The notes beneath the pieces were generated by a model. It was not told where the DNA came from. It did no database searches and saw nothing but the letters and a program-made list of their open reading frames with translations. The position numbers and the translations under genes were made by a program. A stretch of DNA of 63,912 nt, the filler included, from Neolecta irregularis DAH-3 (lineage: Eukaryota), in assembly GCA_001929475.1 (NCBI GenBank). It is 7 parts of 7 records of this genome, joined end to end, with 100 filler letters (N's around TTAATTAATTAA, not from the genome) between each part and the next. Parts side by side here need not be neighbours in the genome. Positions count along the whole stretch, not along the records: positions 1 to 24,487 come from LXFE01000755.1; positions 24,588 to 34,929 come from LXFE01000762.1; 5 more parts are not named here. The stretch is one strand, 5' to 3'. The number at the start of each line of letters is the position of its first letter. Positions within the stretch are counted from its first letter, which is position 1. Below, piece after piece: positions 12,428 through 27,622 of the stretch.

Positions 12428-13780
12428 ATGGTTCTGCGTATGAGTTATTCTCTAGCCGACATAATAATCCAATTCGGTAGGGTCTCTCAGACGTTCCATT
12501 CATGCGTCCTCTTATATCTTCAAAATCGCGACCCATCGCCAAAAGAATTGGTCAACTGGCCATTCAGCATATCATGTACAACTACTGCTCGTCCACATGC
12601 TGACCATCAGGTGTTCTATCAAAGAGCATGCAAATTTGTCGAAAACGGATTTCCTTTACCGGCCGACCTCAGCTCAGATTTGATCGCAGCGATTCCTACA
12701 TTCAGCGATAAACTGCAGACTTCAGCATATACAGTTTTGATAGAAGGAAATTCCCATCGTCAGGCCTTCCTCGATAGAATATATGAACAAGCTAAATTCA
12801 AAAGCCGGCTAAAACATATTCGTCTTATTCTTACACTCATCGCAGAACGTCAAGTTCTGATAGGCAATCCAGAGCTCGGGGTAGATATGTTCCTTGAAGA
12901 AAGAGGGATTAATGGTCATCTACCTGAAATTCTAGAAATCCTTTATCGGAGGAAACGAATGGATTTAGCTCAAAAGATCGTTGCCAGAAAAGATGTTGGA
13001 CTTCATCGATACATTGAAGAACTTGCAAAAATGGATTATCTTTCCGCTGAAGGACTCTCGCGTGATCTCCGATTCAGAGATTTTCCGCCGCTTAAACTTC
13101 TACAATCTGCCAGGAATGAAACTGATCTTCTTCGATATTGGAATTCTTGGTCTCCTGCTCGGAAACGTCACTATGGAAAATCTATGATTGCAGTATGGGG
13201 AAAACTGCATCCTGAGCAATTCTTTGAAATCTTTTCTCAGAGAAGCTTCAGCGATAAGTCCTCCATATTGAAAGAATTTTCATTGGGCAAACCAGAACAC
13301 GTCGTCCTTTTGGAAATATTCCAACTTGTAGTGACCTGGCGCAGGCTAATCGAAGGCTACCTATCCCAAAATAACATTTCTCGGGCAGAGGTGGCTATGT
13401 CAACTGCATTTGGTCAAATTCCAGACTCCCAAAGAGATGCTTTGTTTGAGCTATACGAACCATTTCTGGAGTACTACTATGAGCAACGCGATTACTTTGC
13501 CCTAAAATCTACAGTTGATAAGGTTATTACACATCTATCGAGAAAAAGATTCGCATACTGCAAACATTTAATTTGGATATGCTGGGAAGAAAATATGAAA
13601 GCGGAGGCTAAAGAAATTGTAAGCACAATGAAGGAGGCTACGGATCAACCAGCTTGGCAAGAACGGACGATGTTGTTTGCTCTTGACGCACTCACTCCGC
13701 CTAAGGACTGGAAAAAAAATGAACTAAGGACGAATGAAGATTTAGGCTGCGTTCGGCTGCCACCAGAAACAGAATCATGA
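12428..13780 (+). CDS. Hypothetical alpha-helical protein (main exon; further small exons likely upstream and out to about 14106)
   Basis: 450-codon ORF with natural composition; GT..AG intron candidates at both ends; no motif recognised. Confidence 0.7.
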   Translation: MVLRMSYSLADIIIQFGRVSQTFHSCVLLYLQNRDPSPKELVNWPFSISCTTTARPHADHQVFYQRACKFVENGFPLPADLSSDLIAAIPTFSDKLQTSAYTVLIEGNSHRQAFLDRIYEQAKFKSRLKHIRLILTLIAERQVLIGNPELGVDMFLEERGINGHLPEILEILYRRKRMDLAQKIVARKDVGLHRYIEELAKMDYLSAEGLSRDLRFRDFPPLKLLQSARNETDLLRYWNSWSPARKRHYGKSMIAVWGKLHPEQFFEIFSQRSFSDKSSILKEFSLGKPEHVVLLEIFQLVVTWRRLIEGYLSQNNISRAEVAMSTAFGQIPDSQRDALFELYEPFLEYYYEQRDYFALKSTVDKVITHLSRKRFAYCKHLIWICWEENMKAEAKEIVSTMKEATDQPAWQERTMLFALDALTPPKDWKKNELRTNEDLGCVRLPPETES

Positions 13781-14237
13781 AATTCTAAAACGGGAAATAT
13801 TAGCAAATATGTTTTGTCAAAATTTGAAAAATGGAAGCAAAAATATGTTCAGAAGTGGGTTCCAAGAATGGCTGAACGGGTCCGGTAGAACTATTCAAAT
13901 TCTGTTCTTTAAGAGGCCCGAAGATATCTTGAAAAGCCGCGGGATTCATGACCGTTGTACAATAATTGTTGAATGATCATCGGCACCTTTCGTGCTAAGC
14001 CTCCAGTAATGACTATTACGACAATAGAAAAGTACGAACATATCTAGAACTTGGAGATTGTAATCATTGATATTCAAGCAATTCTCGATGAGATGTATGC
14101 AGTCTAGATATCTAAGGGAAAATGAGTGTGGCGAATCATATTTAGAAAAAGTAATTACTCAATGTGTCCTAGAATTCATCCCCTAACCTACCACAAGCAC
14201 CTGGCTCCAAATTATAATGCGTCATTAAGATATCTCC

Positions 14238-15783
<1,546 letters not shown>

Positions 15784-16545
15784 AGATGTTTGGTGATGTG
15801 GGACTATCGTTTTTAAGCCAAGGATAGAGAAAGGAGACACAATATCCCGCAAATACTGGAAAGGGCCAGCGAAACCGGAAGGCGGCGTAATCGCAGAAAT
15901 TAAATCTGATCCGATCGAATTCGGGTAGGTTTCTCAGATGAAGACAAACACAACCGCTTATCTTTAATGGGGGAACCTACAAACTAGTAGGTTAATTTTA
16001 TAGGTATCAGCCATGTACTGCATACTTCTTTTATTCAAATCCAAGTTCATGGCCCCACGAATTGAAAATGCTAGTGCATGCAAACCCTGCCCCAATCAAA
16101 TACACACCTTTCGTCTTCACAGGTTGTTGCCAATCACGCACTCGCTCTACGATGGCGCAAATCCCTGATACCAAGCAATAACACGCCCTACCAGATATGT
16201 TTTTGGTATCATATGCTTTGCAAATGAGGTGAGTATGCATAAAAGCTTCTGTCAATAAAAATCGGTCTCTTAAATAGCGATAAATGTCTGTTACCCAATG
16301 AGTTCTCAATTTTATGCTATCTTTTATAGGGATAATAGACTTTACTAATCATCTTTAAAAGAATGAGGGCATTTTTCAATATAGGATAGATAGGGTTAAG
16401 GTTAGCCATAAATGTTCGAGTTTTACATAGGCCAGAAACCCCCCTTGTCACCAGATTTTTCTTCTTGTATTTTGGAAAGTGGAACGCCACTTAAAGTGGG
16501 TAATATCTTGTGTATATGTTCCATCCTCTGAGCAAACCTTTTGAG

Positions 16546-18096
16546 ATGCTTCCTTCATATCTTTCGGTCAACTACCCGCGACATCATTTCTTTAATTCTC
16601 TACGTATGAACATTGAGGATATACACTGACGGGAGATTTTTCTTCATTCTTTACCCCGCGCAAAATACGAACAATCTGTAATAACGAATTCTCGCAAAAA
16701 CAACAAGAAACCACTCGTCGCTTTGCACATAGAGAAAATCCCGAAGGCTGGACGCCGACAAGGGATACGAGGAAATATGATAGAAATGTCTCGTTTGTTC
16801 ATCCGGAGATGAACAAAACAAACTCAGGCAAAATTTTCACGAGTGACCGAAGGGTTAATCAGCAAAAGAACACAAATGGCTTCGACAAATCTTCATTTGT
16901 TCCAAGGCCTTCAGGACGTCACGCTCAAAGTAAGTATGGAGATGATCGAATGTCATTCGCAAGATACGAAGATCTCAGGGCAACGAATCACGACCAAAAC
17001 GATCCTATATATCGGCCCCTGAAAACAAGTCACTCCTACAACAGGTCGGAATTTTCTGAAGGGTTCAAACCCCGGGACCTGGAACCACTTGTCCCTCCGA
17101 CGTATTCCACAAGAGCCTCGAAATCCGATTTTCTCTCCACCAGGACGGTGAACGGTTCACAGCTAATCAACATACCTCCTTCATCTGCAAGGTACTCTGT
17201 AAATGCAACTGAAGGTCATGATTTGTTATATGGGACGAACGCCATAGTTTCCGCTTTGAACGCGAATAATCGAAAATTTTGGCGATTATTAGTATGGAAT
17301 CCAGATCCATTGGTTTTGAAATTGGCTTCCTCACGGAACGTCAAAGTCGTTAACGTTGAGAACAAAGGGGTCTTGAATAATTTAAGTAATAATCGTCCTC
17401 ACAACGTACCACATTTAACTAGCTACTTCTCATGGATAGGGATATGTCCTTGAAGCTTCTCCGATCAATGTAAAATCAATCAGATCCCTTGGGCGAATTT
17501 CAGAAGACAAATATGTGGTCGTTTCCCATACTGATGAGGTCGAAACATTTCAGACACCCGCAGGGCGATATCCATTGTGGGTGTGGCTTGATAGAATTAC
17601 GGATCCTGAGAATATGGGCAGTATAATTCGCACATGTAGTTACCTGGGCGTCGAAGGGATTTTAATATCCGCGAAGAATAGGCATCTATCTCACACGGGC
17701 CATACTGATCTGAATAGCGCAAGTTTGAACCCAGTAGTGGCGAAAGCTAGTAGCGGAGCTTTGGAATGGGCTTCGTTATTCGCTGTCAACTCAGGGACAG
17801 ATTTCATCAAAGCTAGTTCAAAGTGGAAGTTTGTTGCTGCACACATGGGCGAACCTACTACGGACATGAATGATATTGCTCAAATGGTCAAAGAATATCC
17901 ATGTGTCCTCCTCTTTGGATCTGAAGATATGCCTTCTCTTCGGGGCTCGGCTAAATGATCAGGCAAAGGTATATCTCAGGATGTACTCCGCAGATGTCAC
18001 CATACCATCTCAATCCCTGGCGCCCCTTTAAACAAAGTTGACAGCCTGAACGTCGGTGTTGCGGCCGGAATATTAATAAATCAAATGCTGTCATAA
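16546..18096 (+). CDS. MRM1: Mitochondrial large-subunit rRNA 2'-O-methyltransferase (SpoU/TrmH family)
   Basis: LYGTNAIVSAL, NRPHN|GICLEA, LDRITDPENMGSIIRT, KASSGALE, LFGSE|GKG, VDSLNVGVAAGIL; long low-complexity N-terminus. Confidence 0.9.
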
Positions 18097-18827
18097 CGAT
18101 AATGATGTAGGAAACCAGTAGCCTTCAGCCTAAGTCCACCGACACCTAGTGCTCTGCGGTAGTATATTTTCAGATCTCGAGATTGATCGCATGGATCCTC
18201 CATTCCTTCCTCAACAACATCTTCAGCAGAAATTCTAATTTTACAATCATTTACTTTACACATCATCTACATATTTCCAAAACGATAGATTCAGTATCAC
18301 CACCATGGTTACGTGGTATGTACTTTGTTCGGCAAATCAACTCGGGAGGTCGTTTGTGGCCCTGGTTCCAGGATATTTTTATGGCGGTCATGACAGAAAG
18401 TCAGGCATAAGTAGGCAGCTAAATTTAGGCGATTTTGTATATTGCAAGAAACCACTGGCAGTTGGGATTGTTGATATACCTGCTATAGATAAAGAGTAAA
18501 GGTCCGTGTCAATGTGATTACTCTAATATGTATTACTATATTATCCGAACCATGCATAATGTAGTTTAGTTGTACAATAGTGGAATAATTAGCAATATAG
18601 ATCGACTCTCAAATCAAGGTGGTTTCACAATATTATCCACAGTTAGATTTACTCAAGATCACCTGTAAGCCGTCTCAGAATCTCTCGGGTTCATATAAAA
18701 GTCGTAACATAATTCAAAATTGTAGTTGCATTCCAAAAAATAAATTGTCTCTCTTACTCGTTTCAAACGTGTACCAGTGATACCTCAAAAGATCTGAAAG
18801 ACCAAATAACCATATGCTAGAAGAAAC

Positions 18828-20967
18828 CTATGCGACCTTTTTACTTTCTTCCTTTCGAACGCCTCTCAAACTCTCTACGCAAAATTCGCGTCCTTCAGGA
18901 CGTCCAATTTCTATGATGAGAAACCGAGCAAATTCACGACTAGACCAGTAGCTCCCATGCGCGCCGATCATGCTCAAATATTGATTTTCCACGACTCCTT
19001 GAGGTTCCAATACGAAATCAAGCTGGGAATAGTCATTTAACATTCCAAAGCGATTTTCTGCGATGGATTCTCTCGAAAAATCATGGAGTGACAGCTCGAT
19101 TATTGAGGGTTGGCGAGTAGTTTGAGGTGGAGAAGTTTCAGAGCCAGGGAATAACGATCTAAAAGAAAACGTTGAAAAAAGTGATGCTGAAAGGGGTGGT
19201 ATTATTGTAGGAGCAAGTAATGAAGCGTATCGAGAATCCACCGTTGGAGATAGCTTTTGCGCAACAGCTTTATGTTAATAAAAGCAGCAAGGGCAACTTA
19301 CGATCACAGGAATGATATATGTTGTAGATATTATCGACGGCAGGACAGCCGTATCTTCCTACACCATCATGGGCAATCCCCGCTTCAGCATCTTTGGTTT
19401 TTCTACGTCCAGCACGAGGGATGAGATTTGTGCGGTGAAGACTAAGTATATTTTAGCACTCTGTAAGCGGTAACAACAATACAGCATGAAAAATCCACAT
19501 GGACTTCCAACTGCGAAGAAACTCTTCGTATCAAATTCAAAGATATCGGTACGAATTGGACCTGTGAGATTTGGTTGAAGAGTAGTTGGTTGATTACTCA
19601 GAATATCCATAGCGATGGCACTTCCAAGACTATTCTATCAGTATGTAGATAGAGAGAGACCATTACGAATGACCGAGTATATGTACTCGTCCTTTGCATT
19701 CAAAACCAGGATTGTTTTCACACCATAAACGATAAATGCGGTTCGTTTCTTTGATCACTGTTTCTTGGATCTTTGTTTTATGATGGCTTAGATAATATGG
19801 AATATCCAAAAGAACATCTCTAATGATAAGCTGCCGTTTTAAACAGGTTAAATACCCAACCATACTACGTACAGCAGGAATGCCATCAGGTGTGATATCT
19901 TCCAGACTGAATTCTGCATCGCTGGTTGAACTAGTACCAATAGGTATATTCTCAAATTGTATTATTGAGCGCCAGTTTATGGGAAGAATTTGGGGACTGA
20001 AATTTTCTCTGAGGTTGGACCGCACTGCCGCCGCCTCGGAATGAAAGAGCAGACGAATGCTATTCGTTGCATGTGTAAATACAAAAGATTCCATTCTTTC
20101 CGAGAGTTTCTGGCCAATGCTTCAAGTTAATTCTTATCTTCAATAGAGCGCACCCATGAATTACAAGAACCAAATCTGTCGGTTCGGGAAATGGAGCGTC
20201 GTCTTCAGTGACTTGTTTGTCAGAAACTTGCTCGACTGATTTTGGACGTTTGTGTTTTTTGGTAATGCGGTCAGGATGATAACCTCTGATAACACTAGCA
20301 CCAGGATCTTTGCCTCTCGAAAGGCTCGAAAAAATGGAAGCGGATAGACGATGAGTAAGACCCTTTCTACAATATTAGCCTTTTAATGTAACTCAAAGGG
20401 AACTTGCGTTACCAGGTAAGCTTGCTCGTAATCTTTGTACAAAATATATCTTCCATCTCCATTAGGATATCGAATCTTTTCTTCTGCTATATCGCCTACC
20501 TCCAATGCAGAATTTAATTCCTCTTCATATGCAGCTGTGTAGGGTTTGATTTCATTGTAACCTTTCTCAAGAGTTTCTGTGAGCGCAATATCAACTGGAA
20601 GCATTGTATCTGAATAAAACCACCATGACCGATATACTTTGGGAGGGGAGGGAGTAATTGTGGCCCAGTATATGGGGTACAACATTCCTTCGGCAAAGTC
20701 TACATAGTGCAGTCGTTCGATGCCGACGATTGCAGTCGAAGCACATTTATATTGGGCCCCTAGCACCTTGACGTCGCGAGCAGAGAAAGGAGTCCATGAA
20801 GCTGCTGAGGAAGCGTTTGCTAAGATGGGAGATTTGATATCGTCGAGGTTAATTGGACTGCTGTGGAACCACCATGACGAGGCTTCAGGAGATGTATAAT
20901 AAAAATGTTTGCTGTCATCTTTATGGGATGGTTCCGCTGTCAACCCTCCGTTTTCAGGCTTATTCAT
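18828..20967 (-). CDS. DDHD-domain phospholipase A1 (PA-PLA1/Ddl1-like), multi-exon; start uncertain
   Basis: LVLVIHG|IGQK, LPINWR, DITPDGIPAVR, LLDIPYYLS, GHS|LG nucleophile motif, FAVGSP, NIYHSCD|PVA, QLDFVL, HGSYW. Confidence 0.9.
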
Positions 20968-21801
20968 CGAGGACACTGAGATCTGCCAGACCTATATGAA
21001 AGCTCGTGCCTTGTGCTGTTTTTTGGCACGTGGGATAGGGGTGTGGATGAGATTTCCACGTGACCTTTCCATGGAAGCGTTCAGGCACCTGGATGATTCA
21101 AAAAACCAACCAATAATATAAAAGTAATTAAGCAACCAACTCAATTTACATATATATGAAGAGAATGACATCAGCAGCAGGGATACCCTCACGATTGCCC
21201 TGAAGTAAACAGAGAGCATTCATATAATCAAACATGCTCCTAATTACCATGCAAAGCACAAAACAACATGGAAAAGAGATGGAAAGAATAGAGAGTTCCC
21301 ACAGAAAAAGAGAAGATTATTACATAAAAACATCAAGAATAAAAAGCGAGCTTCAACAACCTCGAAACCAAAAAAACACAAGAAAAAGGAAAAAAACAAC
21401 AGAAATCGCAACTAATAAACCAACCGGAGAAAAAAACAGGTTAATGGTACCACAGTACATCTTTCTTTGCTGCTGAATTTAGCTTGTCTTCGCCCGCGCG
21501 CAAGCGGGCGTGTACGTCTCATGCTAACCCATGCCGCCACGGAAATAAAACAAGCAATGAAAAAAAGGCTGTTCGCTGATAGGTGATTAAAAAGCCCTTT
21601 CCATCATGGAGAGAATTGTACAATGTGAAGAAAAAAGAAAAAAGGAAAAGAAAAGAAAAGGGATGAGATGAGATGAGATGATATAGATTGTCACACACAC
21701 ATGGAGAAAAAGACGCCCTATAGGGCGTGCCCGCCCCTCCCAAAAAACAAACTCGCCAATGCCAAGATGTACAAATGTAAAAATTTTGAGAGGAGAGAAC
21801 G

Positions 21802-23327
21802 TCAACGGCTGGTGAAAGCAGGCATTCCTGGTGTTGAGAAATACGTCGCAGGGGGAAGATTTTGCAATCCTGGCGGACCGGGGAAAAAGCCCTGGTGCTG
21901 TGCACCGCCTTGCTGGGGTGCATAATCGTGCTGCTGATGATGATGCTGATGATGGTGGTGATGTTGGCTATTTCGAACACCCAAAGGGTTCTTGGAATAC
22001 GAGAGTCGGATTCCACCCTTGTTGCTATTGCTCAACATATGACCTTGCATTTCGGCCAGAGTAGCCGTCGAACACTGTTCGTTTTCAAATTCGACAAAGC
22101 ACATTGGTCCCTGTGCTTTTGTACGGAAACATAAACGTTTATATCCCAAACGCGAGCTGAACAACGCTTTCAGTTCATCTTCGCGAGTAGTCATGGGAAG
22201 ATTCCCGACGTAAAGAGTGTTACATGGTGGATTTTGGTCAGCTGGGTTGGCTGAGACGCGAGTGAATTGAGGCGCGATGGTTGTAGGGGAAAGTGTAGGA
22301 CTTGCTGAAGGGACAAGGGGTGGTTGGACTTGTCTAGAGTATTGAGTAAGCAATTCCGGGTTGATCGCGCTAGGTCGAGTTCGGAGGACAGATGCAGCTA
22401 CTGGCGTTGCTGCAACAGCTGGAGTCGATACAGAAATGGAGCGGTGTACTGGTGGACGATTTTGTGATGGAGAAAGTGTATGATCTTGGGAATGGCCAAC
22501 ATAAGTTGGCAACAAATCATCTGCTGCTTCTTGCAACAGTACCGATTTTCCCGTTCGGTAAGTTCCATTCAGATTAGGTGGACTAGTCGGCTGACACTGA
22601 CAATTTGTCTCACCTATAACGCTTGGAAATGCCTGTCTTCCATTGACATGGGTGCTTAATATAGGAGGACTAATTGGCGCAGAAGCAGATACCGAATGAA
22701 ATGCAGCGTAGGTAGGATCCTCAATCTTGGGAATACCGTTTGTAGAACAAGCATGCTGCGTACTGGGACGTTTATAACTGGAACCAGAAGAGTTGCTCGA
22801 TGAATATGGTTTTGCACTCGCAAAACCCGGAGAGAAAGTTGGCATGGGAAATCCTCCATAGTGACTATCCGTCGAAATTCGAGGTCGGTCACTAAATGAA
22901 GTCGCCGAAGATTCGCTATGGGCGCGATGACTAACTTCTACCAAAAGTGGGGCTAGATTATCGTCGAATTTCTTTCCGTGAAGAAGATTTCGCGCGTCTG
23001 TGGCAGTTTGTCTGCTGACGAATTTAGCGATCGCGATAACCTTGAGAAATTAACAACATAATATTTCTGAAAATGGCAAACCCCATGATTTTCTGTACAC
23101 AAAATATCGGTACCAGCGCATCCGGAAGCGAGAAGAAATAATGCTCGGAGTTCCCTTCTATTTAAATCTTCAGGTAAACCGCCGACAATTCGGACAATAG
23201 CTTCATCTTTAACTGTCTCCACGGTGGAGTTTGAAGGGAAACGATCAGGTGAACTTTCCCCAGAAGAACGGCTATAAGCTCCAGGCGCAGGGCTACTAGA
23301 AGGACGAAACGGAGGAGGACCCATCAT
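21802..23327 (-). CDS. WHI3: Whi3/Whi4/Scw1-family RNA-binding protein (C-terminal RRM plus degenerate N-terminal RRM), 1 intron
   Basis: [18 protein letters not shown]...GYKRLCFR...GPMCFVEF...[16 protein letters not shown]; His/Gln tract after the RRM. Confidence 0.92.
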
Positions 23328-24060
23328 CGCGATGTTGTGAAACAGATACCAGCCCCCAGAAGGCAACGAGAAAATCGAGATTGGAGGAGAATAAAACTTG
23401 TATCAACTTGAAGCAGGAGATTAAGCGATTGTGTAAACACTGAAAGCGACGCTTAACGATGAATATTGATCAAGTAATGGTTGTTGCGATTTTTGTTGTC
23501 GCCGTGCTTCGTGTGTTTCGTAAATAGCAGGCGACTGTCCTCGTCACACGTGGAACTTGAAGAGAAAGTGTTTAGAATGAAGATATTCGATGTTCGAGAT
23601 CAAGACGTGACGACAGAATGATGTGTGGAGAAGTGGAGGGTAGAGGTGTGGTGGTTTCTAAACTGCAGGGGGGATTTTCTGGTGGTTGGTTAGCCAGCCG
23701 CCCGTAGCCGGATGTGGCAGGAAAAGCAAATATAAAAATGTCTGCATTCAACTTCTTCACACTCGCCTTTTATTTCTATGTTGATCTTTGCAGTTTCCGC
23801 AAGAGGTTGGAGTGGTTTCATGAGGATTTATCCTGAAGACATGTGTGGGAGTCGGAAGACATGATTTGTACTAGACGAGTAGGATGCGCTGTTGGTGATC
23901 AACTTCACATTGGATCAAGTTGAATTTCCCGGCTACTATCCTGGGAATTAATGATTGTTATTGCTAAGCGGGGATTGTCTGAGGGGGTTGTTACAAATTG
24001 CCCTAATTAGCCTGGGAATGTCTCGACGTGGTATTGCAGGAGTATCCTAAACTAAGACTT

Positions 24061-24170
24061 CAGCGTTCCTAACCGACTGGACCAAGGGCTTGGCCTGTCT
24101 GGACCACTGGATTCCTTGGTCTGGTCTGTCTAAACAGACCATAGACCGGTCGAGTCGGTCTGGACCATCT
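24061..24170. mobile_element. Probable DNA-transposon end with subterminal GGTCT/AGACC repeats
   Basis: Starts CAGCGTTCC, followed by many ggacc/ggtct/agacc motifs in both orientations. Confidence 0.4.
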
Positions 24171-24302
24171 TAAACATTCTGAATGATATTTCTAATAGAT
24201 ATATGTTGTTTGGTTACAATGGGAATTTTTGTATTAACAATGATGTATCCTGTTGTCAACTTATACCTGAAGTCAAGGAGGTGCAATATAGATCAAGGTA
24301 CC

Positions 24303-24361
24303 GTTACTACCACTACTACTACTACCGCCACTACCACCGCCACTGCCACCGCCACTGCCAC
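24303..24361. repeat. Compound trinucleotide microsatellite (ACT/ACC/GCC)n
   Basis: actaccactactactactaccgccactaccaccgccactgccaccgccactgccac. Confidence 0.85.
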
Positions 24362-24587
24362 TTTTGAAATCTTTTTTCACTGCTAAAGCCAACTTCAATT
24401 CGCCTCGCCTCTACAGGATTCCCTTAACCAAGTACCTTTTCTCTTCTACTATTTCTTCTTAACTATTAACTATGTATATGAATTATTNNNNNNNNNNNNN
24501 NNNNNNNNNNNNNNNNNNNNNNNNNNNNNNNTTAATTAATTAANNNNNNNNNNNNNNNNNNNNNNNNNNNNNNNNNNNNNNNNNNNN

Positions 24588-24653
24588 GAAGTACGTCTAC
24601 TTAGGCTAGTTATAACACTTGGTCTTATCGTACTTCTAAGCGCATAGCTTACA
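24588..24653 (+). mobile_element. 3' end of family A LTR at contig start
   Basis: acttaggctagttataacacttggtcttatcgtacttctaagcgcatagcttaca nearly identical to 35471-35525. Confidence 0.75.
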
Positions 24654-25541
24654 TATTTGGAAGATCTGTAAACTCAATTTATGCTAAGAATCATGCTTTT
24701 GCTTTAAATGATTTCCCTATAATGGATACGAGCGCGGGTGTCTAATCCTAGAGTTCTCCTTTGTATTATCTATAAGTACTGAACTGATTTCACATTACAT
24801 GAGCAACAAGAAATAGTACGGCACCTGTCTGCAGTTTTTTCACTTCAGTTATTAGCGGAAGATAAGCATAGGGATTATGACGATTTGAAAATTTGAAAAT
24901 AAGTTTGAGACTCTTTCCTGGTCTATCTCAGGGTCAGACATCCACAGAGAATAGACTAAGCATTTTCTATCAACGCTCTAGAATCGAAAAGGAAACGATT
25001 TTCTGTTCTCTAAAGATGTCTACGCCAAAATTTTATCATTTCACAGGATCAGTACGCTAGTCTTTAAGGACCAATATAGGCCCAATCATAGGTGTCGAGT
25101 CATGTTCTATTTCCTTGAAAAAATGTGCCGAGGGAATTTTGCATTAGAGGAGTCTTTACCTGCTTCATGATATCAAGATGGAATGTCCTCTATTAAAATG
25201 CTGCAATCGATCAACATGCTTCATCTTTTTCCCACAAGCTATTTAGTGTTGAGAGATTTGTGCTACTTATCATGGGCTGTCCTTGACCTTTTCCGTAGCT
25301 CTTCACTCGTTCCATTCAATTAGCTTGACTAAAGAGTGTGCGTCTGGAAAGAAAGCTTATCAACAGGAAAGTGTTCAATCTATTCGTCGAATGTGCACTA
25401 GGGTAATATAACGTTAATAACTCATCGCCCACTAGAATTCTTAGCGCAGTTCTCAGCGCAGCAAAAACGTTGGGTATTTTGCCCTGATTCATCCTTGCCA
25501 GATATCAACATCTGCAATTTCCTGTCAACCTACTTAGCAAT

Positions 25542-26486
25542 ATGGAAACTCAAAGCAAAAAGCTCGAAGAACCATTCATTGAGTCGAACGAGATAACTCG
25601 CGCTCAATCGACCATCACAATCCCTCATGAGATTTGCGACAAGATGTGCACCCGACCGAGCCAGCACGAATTGCGCAATGAACAAAAGAAATATGCGAAT
25701 CCAAATGCTCTTGGTTTAATCGGACTGGTATTGGTTCTATCACCGCTTTCATGTGTTCTCATGGGTCTGAGAGGAGCTACAATTCCTGCTGGTCTAGTGT
25801 ACTCTATATATTATTGTCCTAGAAATTTGTTAATCCTGCAGTGGTCCAATGTATGGCTCTGGGGCTTTCGCACTTATCCTTGGGGGTATTATGGAGTTCC
25901 TGACAGGGAATACGTTTTCCTTGATAGTATATTTCCCATACTGGGTTTTGTCTTATCGTCGTTGTAGGTGTTTATTAGCTTCGGTGGGTTATTTATATCA
26001 CTTGGTGTCACATCCAATCCATCAACCTCTGGCCAATCGTCGTTTGGAGATGATCTTGGACCGCTTCATGCCTCCTTAGGTAGGTCGTTTCGCCGGCATT
26101 GAATGCTGATCTTAGGATTTTACTTCCTGTTTTGGACTCTTCTTGGCTTTCTTTTTTTGATTGCTTCCTTAAAGACCAATCTCATTTTCTGTTGGATCTT
26201 TCTTGCTACCGATATTGCTTTTGCTCTGTTGTCTGCCTCGTATTTCACCAACGCCCAGGGTGAAGCTGATAAGGCAAAAAGCTACCAAAAGGCTTATTTC
26301 TTGATGTCCTCTTCAGTTATTAATCGATAGGCTGCAGGTGTTCTGGGACTCCTCGTCGTAACGGGAGGATGGTATGGTTTAGCTGTACTGATTATGGAAA
26401 GTGTCGATTTCCCGTGGAATCTCCCTGTTGGTGATCTCTCAGGGCTGTGGGTTAAGAAAGACGTTGCCGAGAATGGGCCAGTTTAA
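25542..26486 (+). CDS. Gpr1/Fun34/YaaH (Ato) family acetate/ammonium transporter, 4 introns
   Basis: YANPNALGLIG (variant of NPAPLGL), GIMEFLTGNTF, GFYFLFW..L..LFLIASLKTN, KAAG...GWY, LPVGDLS. Confidence 0.9.
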
Positions 26487-27622
26487 AAGCTCAAAGATGT
26501 TATATTATGTTGGGAAGTCAATAGAAATATATATCTCTATAACAGTTTACTGAGCAGATGTGTTACCCTGTTGTTTATCATGTTCTGGTCTCAACTAGAG
26601 GTGTCTGATTAGGACGAGAAGATAAATGCGTTCTCTACATGCCAAAGGCTCTCGTGACGACGATTTATATGTTATATATTTAGGGCTACAAACCAAATGT
26701 TTCGATGCCTGAACTCAGCATATTCCACTTGAGTAAAACCCAGTTTGAATGAGATATCATTTCAATTAACCTTTCCTTTTGGATTCTCGGGCCACCCAAA
26801 CATGGGAACATAAACATTTGCTACGAAGATGTCGGAAAGTCGACTATTTTGTATAACCGCCATATCTCTTTCTCATGCAGAAAGTAGGTGCTAGAAGGAA
26901 GAGCTTTGGAGAAATTACTTAGTTGCTTATTATTCAACACAATAGTTGAGATAATCCTTCATAGAAATATTGAAAGTAATTTTTGAATGGGATAAAGGAC
27001 GAACTATTAAGGCAAAATGTACGGTTGCATTTTATTGCCAGAAGAGCAACCTCAATATAAAACTCGTTGCCGATATACGAGCTTTACTCAAGACGCATAA
27101 CAATATCCTTGACCCTTTTTTATCGACTGAAATCTCGACCACAAGAAGGTGTACTTCATGAGACCAAATTGAAAATAACACCCAGTATATCAAAGTAGCC
27201 AACCCAGTTCTAATATTCGATCAATCATGATCGGCAGGTTTGGTTAAAGCCTAGAATTTAAATCACTGTTTCTCATAACCCTAGGGGTCAAGAATCGAAC
27301 TTATGAAGAGAACCGGATACAACAAATTCCTGCATCGCATTGGTTTCAAAGCCACTTATTTGAACATGTATTACTACTGATTGGCTTGTTAAATACCTAA
27401 TATGACAATATAATACCTATGAGGCACCATAGGGAACCTAACGTTGTTTTCTTTGACGCTTCAACTCGTCCTTTTCTAGTTCTTTGATCTGCTTCCTGCA
27501 TAAAGATATTGGTAGTCGTAAATATTGAGACATTTTATTGTAGGCCTCAGTTTCGAACTCTCGCCATTGCTGCAGAATTGCGGTGCTCTGGAGGGTCTCA
27601 GTTTCCTTCAAAGGTAGACGAC

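Noticed and set aside
18081-18500. Small minus-strand gene downstream of MRM1
   Set aside because: Short frames only; no consistent exon chain or motif found.
24488-24587. N-flanked TTAATTAATTAA motif (also 34930-35029, 41211-41310, 50932-51031, 56438-56537, 61047-61146)
   Set aside because: Identical 100-nt artificial linker with stops in all frames; an assembly artefact. Adjacency across these gaps is unverified.
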